DNA of 29,703 nucleotides from a virus. Its lineage: Duplodnaviria; Caudoviricetes. Below the pieces are notes generated by a model. That model was not told the DNA's origin, searched no databases, and saw nothing but the letters and a program-made list of their open reading frames with translations. Position numbers and translations under genes: made by a program. Within the stretch, counting starts at the first letter, position 1, and every line of letters starts with the position of its first letter. Shown here one piece after another: positions 15,457 to 23,783 of the stretch. The stretch spans positions 1 to 29,703 of the IMG/VR virus record IMGVR_UViG_3300012953_000144. One strand, given 5' to 3'.

Positions 15457-17177
15457 TAGTATTCGTCCTTGAAGCGATAGTCTTTCCAATTCTCAGCCAT
15501 CACTTCCTTTACGTGGGGTTTGAACGATCTCTTAGACATATCGTATTCAAACTTCACCTCACCTATTTTACCGTATAGGTCTTGTTCACGTATCTTTCTT
15601 GTTATTACTTTTGTCGTGTTGTCCTCAAAATCCCTGTGTACTGTAAGAACTGCATCGGCTTGGTTATGCCAATGAGCAGCACCGCTTATGTCGTAAGCAG
15701 TTGGTGGTGCGTATGCTCCATTATCGGATTTAGGTAGCTTTGTAGGGTGAGCAACTACCCAACAAACAATCTCGTATACTCTGGCGAACCTCTTACAAAG
15801 AGATATGAAGTCTCGTATATGCTCATCTTCTCTTGTATTACCAGTTCGCTTAGCGTTCACTTCGTTGTAAGGATCAATGACTAGGCCGTTGATTCCATAT
15901 TTGAAAACGCTTGACTTAGCGATATTCAAAATCATGTCTATATCAGGAACACTATCTCTCGTTTCAATGAAGTAAAAATGATTCTGTATGAACTCTACGG
16001 CGTTACTCAGTTCGTCTCTGTCCATACGATTCTCAAAGCCTTCATCAAAAGACTTTTGTTTATACATTTGCACCAAGCGTCTGATGTGCATAGCGGTTGA
16101 ATGTTCAGGTGAGAAGATTGCGAACTTCCAATCATGGTTGATAGCTAGATTGAGAAGTATTTGATCAAGGAAGATTGACTTACCATGATTCGGTATACCA
16201 GTTATCGTATGAAACGTACCCGTCATAATCTTGTAGATTTCATCAAGACCTTTCATTCCAATCTCTATAGGCTTGATGTAGTTACCATCATACAAGTCCA
16301 TTATCTGTGAGTAATAATCGTTGGCGGTATATAGGCCATCAACAGGGTATGGAGTAGCTTCTGATATCAACTTCCTGAGAGCGTCAACGCCATGCTTCAT
16401 AAGAACATCGTTGGCGTCCTTACAATCATCAGGCGGTAGAACGTACCAACATATATCTTTACCGAACCTGTGAAGCAGTTCCTTATGCAAAGACTTCCCC
16501 GCTTGATCCATGTCAGTAAACAAAATTATCTTCTTAGCTTGTAACGGACAGTTCTCTAATGCTTTGTATCTCGCATCGTTTTTTCTGTACGTGGCTTCTT
16601 TAGGTGCGCCGTTAGGTAAGGAAGTAGCATGGAACCCAGTCATGTCTACGCTCAAGACGTCCATTTCACCTTCAACGAATACGACTGTGTTTTGATTATG
16701 AACGCGATTGTAATTGTATAAGACTTGTTCGGCGTCCTTTTCCTGACGGAACTTCTTATCAAAGGAGCGGTACTTTATATTGGCAAGGTTGCCGTTCGCC
16801 TTAAAGTATTGAAACGCTATCCAACCATTGTCATCAAGAACTATGTTATAGGCATCAACTGTTTCTTTGTTTATGCCTCGCTTAGTGAAGAACTCATATA
16901 GGCCGTTCGTGTTTTTTGCTTTAGGTGCTTCGGGTACGGTATATCGTTTAGGCTTGTGAGCAGAGTAGCTTGGTCTGTCGTATTTGAAACAACTACCTTT
17001 GAAGCCACAATGATGGCAAAGCCAGACTGTTCCTTCTTCATTGATAGTTACTGATAGAGGATTGTCGCGCGGGTTGTGATTGTGCGGTTGACATTCAGGA
17101 CATTTAATCTTCTGAGTTCCGTGATCAAATGACCTTAGTTTTATTCCATAATCAATAGGCTCTTTTCGTTCGTTCAT
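15456..17177 (-). CDS. Twinkle/T7 gp4-like primase-helicase
   Basis: Zn finger CPEC..CHHC, TOPRIM VEGEMD..DMD..KDAND, Walker A GIPNHGKS, Walker B LVIDP, VAHPTK, DISGAA. Confidence 0.95.
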   Translation of the reverse strand: MNERKEPIDYGIKLRSFDHGTQKIKCPECQPHNHNPRDNPLSVTINEEGTVWLCHHCGFKGSCFKYDRPSYSAHKPKRYTVPEAPKAKNTNGLYEFFTKRGINKETVDAYNIVLDDNGWIAFQYFKANGNLANIKYRSFDKKFRQEKDAEQVLYNYNRVHNQNTVVFVEGEMDVLSVDMTGFHATSLPNGAPKEATYRKNDARYKALENCPLQAKKIILFTDMDQAGKSLHKELLHRFGKDICWYVLPPDDCKDANDVLMKHGVDALRKLISEATPYPVDGLYTANDYYSQIMDLYDGNYIKPIEIGMKGLDEIYKIMTGTFHTITGIPNHGKSIFLDQILLNLAINHDWKFAIFSPEHSTAMHIRRLVQMYKQKSFDEGFENRMDRDELSNAVEFIQNHFYFIETRDSVPDIDMILNIAKSSVFKYGINGLVIDPYNEVNAKRTGNTREDEHIRDFISLCKRFARVYEIVCWVVAHPTKLPKSDNGAYAPPTAYDISGAAHWHNQADAVLTVHRDFEDNTTKVITRKIREQDLYGKIGEVKFEYDMSKRSFKPHVKEVMAENWKDYRFKDEY

Positions 17178-17186
17178 TTTATCTCC

Positions 17187-17828
17187 TTACCCTGCACTAG
17201 AGTTCAAGTTATCTTCTTTGATTTCCTTCACACCGATAATGTAACCATGTTCATCAGTTACAAACGCATCAAGCCAACGCTCTTGATTAAGCCAAGTTGA
17301 GGCGTGGGGTATGAATCGTTCCTCAGTTTGTTCATTAAGACGTGCAAAGTGTTTAGCACCATGAATGATCTTGTCGTAATGTTTTTCATCAAACTTCAGG
17401 AAACTTTTATATGCGTGTTTCTTAGCCACATTCCTTGGATAGTGTTTCCAAAATTCTTGAAATGCGTCGTTATATATTTTTGTATCTTCTTTAGTATTAG
17501 TGGGTTCTGGAACCCTCTCCCTCGGGGTTACTGTGACCCTAGGGGTTTCTGCACTACCACCTAGTGTTAGGTGATATCGGTTTGAGGTGTAGCCACCATT
17601 TTCAGCTATTCTGTTTTCTATCCTGAGTAAGCCGAGTTGCTCAAACTCTTTGATGGCTTTCTTTACTCCTCCTGAATCTTTCAGGCCTACCATCTTGGCT
17701 ATGTGCTTGTATGACGGGTAACAGGTTCCTTGCTCATCACAGTAGTTCGCTAAGATAACCAGTATGAATTTCTTTGTTGGGGTTAGTCCCTCAGTTCGTA
17801 GTGCTTGGTTTAGGCATTCAATAGACAT
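17187..17828 (-). CDS. Phage replication initiator-like protein (N-terminal wHTH)
   Basis: K.IL..LANY.DE.G.CYPS...IA, SN.Y.L, C-terminal F.EFW..YPR...K..A, FIPHASTWLNQERW. Likely start ATG 17828. Confidence 0.8.
   Translation of the reverse strand: MSIECLNQALRTEGLTPTKKFILVILANYCDEQGTCYPSYKHIAKMVGLKDSGGVKKAIKEFEQLGLLRIENRIAENGGYTSNRYHLTLGGSAETPRVTVTPRERVPEPTNTKEDTKIYNDAFQEFWKHYPRNVAKKHAYKSFLKFDEKHYDKIIHGAKHFARLNEQTEERFIPHASTWLNQERWLDAFVTDEHGYIIGVKEIKEDNLNSSAG
17470..17560. repeat. Iteron-like palindromic repeats plus AT-rich tract (putative replication origin)
   Basis: GGGTTCTGGAACCCT (17502), GGGTTACTGTGACCCT (17525), GGGGTTTCTGCACTACC (17542), next to AT-rich 17470-17500, within the initiator linker. 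Confidence 0.55.
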
Positions 17829-17831
17829 AAT

Positions 17832-17877
17832 TTCAGTATACCTCCTCTCTATAAAAAGAAAACCCAAAACGGAATAT
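17832..17877 (-). promoter_or_regulatory. Degenerate promoter/operator cassette, copy 4 (upstream of initiator)
   Basis: TTCAGTATA-N16-AGAAAA-CCCAAAACGGAATA aligns without gaps to the other copies and shares CTCTATAAAA with copy 2. The -35 is degenerate. Confidence 0.55.
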
Positions 17878-18401
17878 CATGAAACTAACCTCAGTTTCTT
17901 TTTCCTCTTTCGGCGTTTGTTATGTGTTACGTTTAGTAATGGTGACAAAGCGTCTATCAGCTTTTGTTCCCAGTAGTTCATGCGGTCTTTACGGCAAGTC
18001 ATAATCCGTATATGTGTGAATTCTTTGTCCCGTAGGTGTTGGCTCATTCTTTGGTAAGCGTTTACAGACTGACCAACATAAATGACTCGTTGTTCTCGGT
18101 AGAGTATATATATGGAAGGACGAGCTAAATCCGTAACGCGAACCATTTTGCGATGTAGTCGCGTGGTTTCTGAGGGCGGAGTGGTGTCAGATAGGTTTTC
18201 CTCTAATATCGTTTTCTCACGTCTTCTAGAGTTAGCTATCCTTGGATCTATACACCCAAGACCAGTAGTTCCTGTATTATAGATTAGTAGGCCAGATGCT
18301 GACGTTCCTACCGCGACTGTCCCGCTTGTTGTAATGGCATTTGAAGGGCAACCTATAGTCAAAGTTCCTGTAGTAGAATTGCTTAGGAACGTAGTAGTCA
18401 T
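17877..18401 (-). CDS. GIY-YIG nuclease domain protein
   Basis: SIYIL..IYVGQS...RM.QH...E..LI....P.LN, with a T/G/S-rich N-terminal extension. Confidence 0.75.
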   Translation of the reverse strand: MTTTFLSNSTTGTLTIGCPSNAITTSGTVAVGTSASGLLIYNTGTTGLGCIDPRIANSRRREKTILEENLSDTTPPSETTRLHRKMVRVTDLARPSIYILYREQRVIYVGQSVNAYQRMSQHLRDKEFTHIRIMTCRKDRMNYWEQKLIDALSPLLNVTHNKRRKRKKKLRLVS

Positions 18402-18637
18402 TATTTAACTCTGTATTCCTTAACAGTCTCAGTAGTTTGAGGAACATAGTCATAGACTTGTATATCTCCGCGATGACCAGACCAACCGATAAGCATGTCG
18501 TCAACATCTTTGATGATCCAACCACCCATACGGCATGATGAAAGGTCTTCGCTAGGAACTTTGTCGTAGGAAGGGTAAAGCTCTTGCGCTTTAGTTAGGA
18601 AAGCATTGATTGCTTCATTGTAAGTTAAGTGATTCAT
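18401..18637 (-). CDS. Hypothetical early protein
   Basis: GGAG RBS directly downstream of promoter copy 2. Confidence 0.65.
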   Translation of the reverse strand: MNHLTYNEAINAFLTKAQELYPSYDKVPSEDLSSCRMGGWIIKDVDDMLIGWSGHRGDIQVYDYVPQTTETVKEYRVK

Positions 18638-18649
18638 TGTATCTCCGTG

Positions 18650-18708
18650 TCAATTTATATATTCAGTATAATGGTTCTCTATAAAATGACAACCCATTTC
18701 GGAATAAA
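18650..18708 (-). promoter_or_regulatory. Early promoter/operator cassette, copy 2
   Basis: Minus strand TTATTCCGAAATGGG-TTGTCA-N16-TATACT-N6-ATAAATTGA. Confidence 0.8.
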
Positions 18709-18709
18709 G

Positions 18710-18862
18710 TTATTTAGAGTCTTGCTTCAACAACCATTCACTCAACAAAGTCAAAGCTGTTTTTTCATGCTCTTGCAAACCTTCAGCAGCACATTTAGCC
18801 CACAAAGCATCACACTCTTTTTGAGCGCGTTCCTTCAATTCCTGTGTAGTTGCTGTTTTCAT
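18710..18862 (-). CDS. Small early protein (50 aa), not in ORF track
   Basis: MKTATTQELKERAQKECDALWAKCAAEGLQEHEKTALTLLSEWLLKQDSK*. AAGGA RBS, fits exactly between promoter copies 3 and 2. Confidence 0.65.
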   Translation of the reverse strand: MKTATTQELKERAQKECDALWAKCAAEGLQEHEKTALTLLSEWLLKQDSK

Positions 18863-18882
18863 TTTATTTCCTTGTCAAGTTA

Positions 18883-18941
18883 TCAATTTATGAATTCAGT
18901 ATAACGGTGCTCTGAACAATGACAACCCTTTTTGGAATAAA
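18883..18941 (-). promoter_or_regulatory. Early promoter/operator cassette, copy 3
   Basis: Minus strand TTATTCCAAAAAGGG-TTGTCA-N16-TATACT-N6-ATAAATTGA. Confidence 0.8.
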
Positions 18942-18956
18942 TATTATTGAGTATTC

Positions 18957-18973
18957 TTCCTTTTTGGTATATT
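18957..18973 (+). promoter_or_regulatory. Putative terminase-operon promoter (extended -10) overlapping a CC-N5-GG box
   Basis: TTCCTTTTTGGTATATT contains TGGTATATT. Confidence 0.45.
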
Positions 18974-19005
18974 TTAGATTACCATGTGAGAAAATCTGAG
19001 AATTT

Positions 19006-19572
19006 ATGAACAAAAAATCCCGCAATGTGAAGCTAACTGATACCCTCAAAACCGCGATGAGGAATGAGTTTGTTCAGGGCATACAAGATGAAAAAGGGTT
19101 GGTCAGATACCCTACTCTTGAAGAGTTGCACAAGGTTCATAACGTCGCCAAATCAACGCTTTACAGAACCGCGAACAAAGAGAACTGGAAGTTTGAGAGG
19201 GAGAAATATCAACAGGAATTAGTAGCCAAGCTAGACGAACAAGACATAGAGCAAAAGGCTACCGAATCAAAGAAGTTTGATACAACTAGTCTCAATATCG
19301 CAAAATCACTAATGGCTACAGTCGGACAAGCCATCAACAAGAACGCCGTTGACATCAACGAAGGCAAGAAAGGATTGATACCTTCACAGATGCACGCTTT
19401 AGCAAACACTGCGTTCACCGCACAAAGATTAGCAAAACTCGCATTAGGCGAGATAACCCATAACGTAAATATAAATGCAAATATCCAGCAAGAAGCATTC
19501 AGAGAAGCTATGGAACTCCTTGACGAGCTTGAAGCAGCCAAGCGAGATAGCAGCCTTCCAACTACGCACTAA
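19006..19572 (+). CDS. Terminase small subunit (putative)
   Basis: N-terminal HTH (TLEEL...HNV..STLY...NKENW) and helical C-terminus, immediately upstream of TerL. Confidence 0.7.
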   Translation: MNKKSRNVKLTDTLKTAMRNEFVQGIQDEKGLVRYPTLEELHKVHNVAKSTLYRTANKENWKFEREKYQQELVAKLDEQDIEQKATESKKFDTTSLNIAKSLMATVGQAINKNAVDINEGKKGLIPSQMHALANTAFTAQRLAKLALGEITHNVNINANIQQEAFREAMELLDELEAAKRDSSLPTTH

Positions 19573-20776
19573 GTGGGGAAGGTCTGCAAGACCGAAGCAA
19601 CTGAAGCCTACCGATGACCATAATTTGTGGTTGATACTAGCGGGACGCGGATGGGGTAAGACGAGAACAGGCGCACAGGATATCGCAGCTTACGCTCTGA
19701 CGCACCCTAACGTAGTTTGCGCAGTTGTGGCTCCGACGCATGGTGACTTGCGCAGAGTATGCTTCAACGGACCAAGTGGCCTCATGTCTATTATCCCTGA
19801 CGATTGCCTCGCAAAGAGCCGAGACTTCAAAGGGTACTCCGCTTCAACCTCTGAGATAAGATTGTTCAACGGCTCAAAGATAGTCGGATATGCAGCGATT
19901 GATCCTGACAGGCTCAGGGGACCGCAGTTTCATAGAGCATGGTGCGATGAGTTAGCAGCATGGAGATATCCAGAAGCATTTGACCAGTTGATGTTTGGTT
20001 TACGTTTAGGAGATAAACCGCAGGCAGTGATAACTACAACACCGAAACCAACCGCTTTGATAAAAAAGCTAGTTGAACGTGAAGATGTTCATGTTACCAG
20101 AGGGAACACTTTTGAGAACGAAGCTAACTTGGCACAGTCTGCCTTGGATATGCTCAAAGAAAGATATGAAGGAACTACGTTAGGCCGTCAAGAGTTATAC
20201 GCGGAAATCGTTGACAATGTTGAAGGCGCGTTGTGGAACTCAAAGATGATTGATGAAACGAGATTAATTAATGAGGAGAGAGAGCTAACTCAGATTATTG
20301 TTGCCATTGATCCCGCAGTTACTGCAAATCCTAACAGCGATGAAACAGGTATAGTAGTTGTCGGAAGAGACGCACAAAATAGGTATTATGTGCTTGAGGA
20401 TTTATCAGGGAGGTATTCTGCCGATAAATGGGGTAGAATATCAGTCAATGCTTTTTATGATTGGGAGGCAGATAGAATTGTAGCAGAGGTAAATAATGGC
20501 GGTGATCTTGTGGAGAGACTTTTAAGAAGTATAGATACAAACATACCATTCCGTTCGGTTCATGCAACCAGAGGTAAGATATTGCGTGCCGAACCCATTT
20601 CTGCTTTATACGAACAAAAAAAAGTGCATCATATGGGAACATTCCCAGAACTTGAGTCACAAATGTGCACCTATACGGGAGAGTCAGGCTCTAGTCCAGA
20701 CAGGCTTGACGCTCTAGTATGGGGTTTATCTGAACTTAGCAGATCAAGAGGAACCGTACAATGGAGGATTAGCTAA
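19475..20776 (+). CDS. terL: Terminase large subunit
   Basis: AGRGWGKT Walker A, LRGPQF..AWCDE Walker B, ITTTP, IDPA, DETG, SPDRLDA. Start uncertain (ATG 19475 or TTG 19520/19529). Confidence 0.96.
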   Translation: MQISSKKHSEKLWNSLTSLKQPSEIAAFQLRTKWGRSARPKQLKPTDDHNLWLILAGRGWGKTRTGAQDIAAYALTHPNVVCAVVAPTHGDLRRVCFNGPSGLMSIIPDDCLAKSRDFKGYSASTSEIRLFNGSKIVGYAAIDPDRLRGPQFHRAWCDELAAWRYPEAFDQLMFGLRLGDKPQAVITTTPKPTALIKKLVEREDVHVTRGNTFENEANLAQSALDMLKERYEGTTLGRQELYAEIVDNVEGALWNSKMIDETRLINEERELTQIIVAIDPAVTANPNSDETGIVVVGRDAQNRYYVLEDLSGRYSADKWGRISVNAFYDWEADRIVAEVNNGGDLVERLLRSIDTNIPFRSVHATRGKILRAEPISALYEQKKVHHMGTFPELESQMCTYTGESGSSPDRLDALVWGLSELSRSRGTVQWRIS

Positions 20777-22776
20777 TGGCAGACAACAGGAACTTTTTTC
20801 AACGCTTGTTCAATGTTCAAACTCAAGAACTAAAACAAGTTGGCTCAATGGTTGGATATTTTGGTATAGGAGCAGGTGAAGCCAAGAGATACAAATATGA
20901 AGATTTAGCCGAAGAAGGCTACATGAAGAACGCTATCGTTTATAAATGCGTAAACGAAATATCAAAAGGAGCAGCCTCAGTTCCTTTTATGTTGAAAGCG
21001 GGAGACAACGTAATAGAAGACCATCCCGCTATAGATTTGCTCAAAAGACCTAACCCGCTCCAATCCTACAACGAATTCTTCAATAGTTTGTTTGGTTACT
21101 TGCTACTAAGCGGTAACAACTACACGTTACGTGTGGGACCAGAACGTGGCGTACCATCTGAACTTCACCTAATGCGACCAGATAGAATGGTTATCAAAGG
21201 CGGTGGGAGACCTATCCCTGACAGATATGAGTATATACTTAACGGAAGAATACAAGACACTTACTTAGTAGACCAGAACACAGGCGAATCAGAAATCAAA
21301 CACACAAAGCTGTGGAACCCGCTTGATGATTTTTATGGATGCTCTCCGTTATCTGCAGCAGCAGTAGAGGTTGATCAACACAACTTATCCTCTAAACACA
21401 ATATCAATCTCTTGAATAATGGAGCGCGTCCGAGTGGTGCTGTTGTTTTCAAACCAAAAGACGATTCAGGCATGCAAGTCAATTTATCTGAATCTCAAAG
21501 ACAGCAATTACTAACAGACTTAAATAATAGATTCAGCGGTACTCAAAACACTGGAAGGCCGATGTTGCTTGAAGGAGACTTTGATTGGAAAGAGATGGGA
21601 CTTAGTCCTAAAGACATGGACTTCCTAAACCTTAAGCATATGTCAGCGACAGATATAGCGATGTGCTTTGGAGTACCTAGTCAATTAGTAGGCGTACCTG
21701 ATGCGCAAACTTATGCAAACGTAGCAGAAGCAAGACTTGCCTTGTATGAAGAAACAATCATACCTTTATTAAGGCTTGTTGAGTCTGACATGAACGAGTG
21801 GTTATTCCCTCAGTATGATGAAAGGCTCTCGTTTGAATATGACATTGACAAGATACCCGCGTTAGCTGAGAGAAGAAGAAGGATATATGAAAATATCTCA
21901 CAAGCGGTACAACATGGGATCATAACTAGAAACGAAGCAAGGGAACAGATTGGTCTTTCACCGATAGAAGGCGGAGATGACATTTATATATCAGCAACTT
22001 TATTCCCGCTCGGTAGTGAAGTTCCAGAAGAACCAGATGATCCATTATTAGACGAAGTTGAAGATGAAGAAGAGGAAGAAAAGGCGTTATCTGACATTGA
22101 CACAGTTCCAACAGATGGAATGGTCACAGAAGCCGAAAGAGGACTCAACTGGAACCGAGAGTTCGGGAGAGGAGGAACAAGAATTGGACTCACAAGAGCA
22201 AACCAAATCAAGAACAAAGAAACCCTCTCAATAGATACAATCAAGCGTATGCACAGTTTTTTCTCACGTCACGAAGTTGACAAGCAAGCCGAAGGGTTTA
22301 GACAGGGGGAAGACGGATATCCGAGCAACGGAAGGATAGCGTGGGCATTATGGGGTGGCGACGCAGGTCAGTCATGGGCGAGAAAAAAACGGGATCAGAT
22401 AGAAAGAGAAGAGTCAAAGGCCGAAGATGATTTTGATGAACTTGAGACGCACGTAGAGGCTCCTGAGGACGACAAAGCATTAAGCGGTAAGGTAAAGGAA
22501 GGGTTGAAGAACAAGGTCGCTAAACACAATGAAAAGTATGGCGACAAACCCACCAAAAAAGCGACCTTGAGAATGTTGGAGGCCGTCTTTAGGAGAGGAG
22601 TGGGTGCTTACAATACAAACCCGCAGTCAGTTAGGCCTTCCGTTAATAGTAGTGACCAGTGGGCGTATGCCAGAGTAAATTCATTCCTTAGTGCGTTGAG
22701 GACGGGAAGATTCAGAGGAGGCAAGCATGATCAAGACTTATTTCCAAAAGGTCACCCACTAAGCTCAAAAAAATGA
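20776..22776 (+). CDS. HK97-family portal protein with ~230-aa C-terminal extension
   Basis: LL.RPNP, LLSGN.Y, YG.SPL.AA, NGARPSG, FGVP..L.G, T.NEARE..GL.PIEGGD, followed by two extra domains. Confidence 0.95.
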   Translation: MADNRNFFQRLFNVQTQELKQVGSMVGYFGIGAGEAKRYKYEDLAEEGYMKNAIVYKCVNEISKGAASVPFMLKAGDNVIEDHPAIDLLKRPNPLQSYNEFFNSLFGYLLLSGNNYTLRVGPERGVPSELHLMRPDRMVIKGGGRPIPDRYEYILNGRIQDTYLVDQNTGESEIKHTKLWNPLDDFYGCSPLSAAAVEVDQHNLSSKHNINLLNNGARPSGAVVFKPKDDSGMQVNLSESQRQQLLTDLNNRFSGTQNTGRPMLLEGDFDWKEMGLSPKDMDFLNLKHMSATDIAMCFGVPSQLVGVPDAQTYANVAEARLALYEETIIPLLRLVESDMNEWLFPQYDERLSFEYDIDKIPALAERRRRIYENISQAVQHGIITRNEAREQIGLSPIEGGDDIYISATLFPLGSEVPEEPDDPLLDEVEDEEEEEKALSDIDTVPTDGMVTEAERGLNWNREFGRGGTRIGLTRANQIKNKETLSIDTIKRMHSFFSRHEVDKQAEGFRQGEDGYPSNGRIAWALWGGDAGQSWARKKRDQIEREESKAEDDFDELETHVEAPEDDKALSGKVKEGLKNKVAKHNEKYGDKPTKKATLRMLEAVFRRGVGAYNTNPQSVRPSVNSSDQWAYARVNSFLSALRTGRFRGGKHDQDLFPKGHPLSSKK

Positions 22777-22777
22777 A

Positions 22778-22870
22778 GTGGCACAGCAACAGCAACAACA
22801 AAAGACAAAGACCAAGAAGCAACTTGAAGAATGGGTACGTCAACAGAAACTTAGGTCGCATAATCAATGA
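22778..22870 (+). CDS. Small poly-Q basic peptide (30 aa), not in ORF track
   Basis: GTG 1 nt after the portal stop. MAQQQQQQKTKTKKQLEEWVRQQKLRSHNQ* ends in an ATGA overlap with the next gene. Confidence 0.45.
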   Translation: MAQQQQQQKTKTKKQLEEWVRQQKLRSHNQ

Positions 22871-23706
22871 CGGCTCTTAGGAAGCTGACTCAAAAGGAGT
22901 TTCATAGCTTTCGCAGAGGGCGTGTCAGAACGCGCACCGAAATTAGAAGGAACATAGCATTACGCAAAAACCTAGAGAGATTAATTTATAGCAGGCTGTT
23001 CAAAGCATTCAGCAAGATAATCAAATCAAGAGCTTACTTGTATGGTGAGTTCATGACGTTTGAACGCTCGTCAACGATTAGAGATTTGAACGAAGAGATG
23101 ATGCCCGTGTTGGAGGAGTTTTACAGAACTGTTTTTCAGAGGGTATACGCAAGCAACACAGAAACATATGACCTAGGAACAAAACAAGATGATTTAGAAG
23201 CGGTTGTATTTGGAAGAAACGTGAATGTTGAAAGGGAGGTGCGAAGATTCTTCAGGGAAAGGCAACTTGTCTTAGCAGGTATATCAGTACGCATCGCAAA
23301 CAAGATAGATCAGATTATAAAAAAAGGAAGGGCAGACAATCTCACGTTGCAACAAATCGCTAGGAACATCGCGCAATTTGCAATGCCTTTCGCTAGAAGT
23401 CGGGCAGCAATGATTGCAAGAACGGAAACTCATAACGCAGCAGGTTATGCAAATCATAGGTATCATTCTACCGTGAAAGATAACCTAGATATTGATATGG
23501 TGAAGCGATGGGTTTCAGTTGCAGATGGCCGAACGCGGGACAACCACAGGTTCGCGAATGGTCAGACGCGCAAAATGGAAGAAGATTTTATGATAGGGGG
23601 GATGCCGATGGCGCACGTTGGTGATCCTAGAGGCGGTGCAAAAAACACGATAAATTGCAGGTGTGTAATAGTTTACGCAGATCAGCAAGATATTGTGGTA
23701 AACTAA
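22867..23706 (+). CDS. Head morphogenesis / minor head protein (SPP1 gp7 / Mu F-like)
   Basis: RA..IARTE, K.W....D.RTR..H...NG, GDP......INCRC. Confidence 0.9.
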   Translation: MTALRKLTQKEFHSFRRGRVRTRTEIRRNIALRKNLERLIYSRLFKAFSKIIKSRAYLYGEFMTFERSSTIRDLNEEMMPVLEEFYRTVFQRVYASNTETYDLGTKQDDLEAVVFGRNVNVEREVRRFFRERQLVLAGISVRIANKIDQIIKKGRADNLTLQQIARNIAQFAMPFARSRAAMIARTETHNAAGYANHRYHSTVKDNLDIDMVKRWVSVADGRTRDNHRFANGQTRKMEEDFMIGGMPMAHVGDPRGGAKNTINCRCVIVYADQQDIVVN

Positions 23707-23710
23707 GAAA

Positions 23711-23765
23711 TTGGTTATATTGTATTACCAAACCTATTATGAAAAGGGGATGTTATACTATAATA
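23711..23765 (+). promoter_or_regulatory. Putative late promoter: inverted repeat plus extended -10
   Basis: Imperfect palindrome TTGGTTATATTGTATTACCAA (23711-23731). TGTTATACT (23751) overlapped by TATAAT. Confidence 0.45.
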
Positions 23766-23783
23766 TGATTTGGAGACAGAAAT

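Noticed and set aside
8454-18941. CRISPR array or att sites formed by the TGACAACCCATTTCGGAATAAA repeats
   Set aside because: Copies are dispersed (10 kb and ~230 bp apart), contain -35/-10 elements and each precedes an RBS and gene. They are better explained as promoters.
19475-19572. Programmed frameshift fusing TerS and TerL
   Set aside because: No slippery heptamer is evident, and in-frame ATG/TTG starts explain the overlap.
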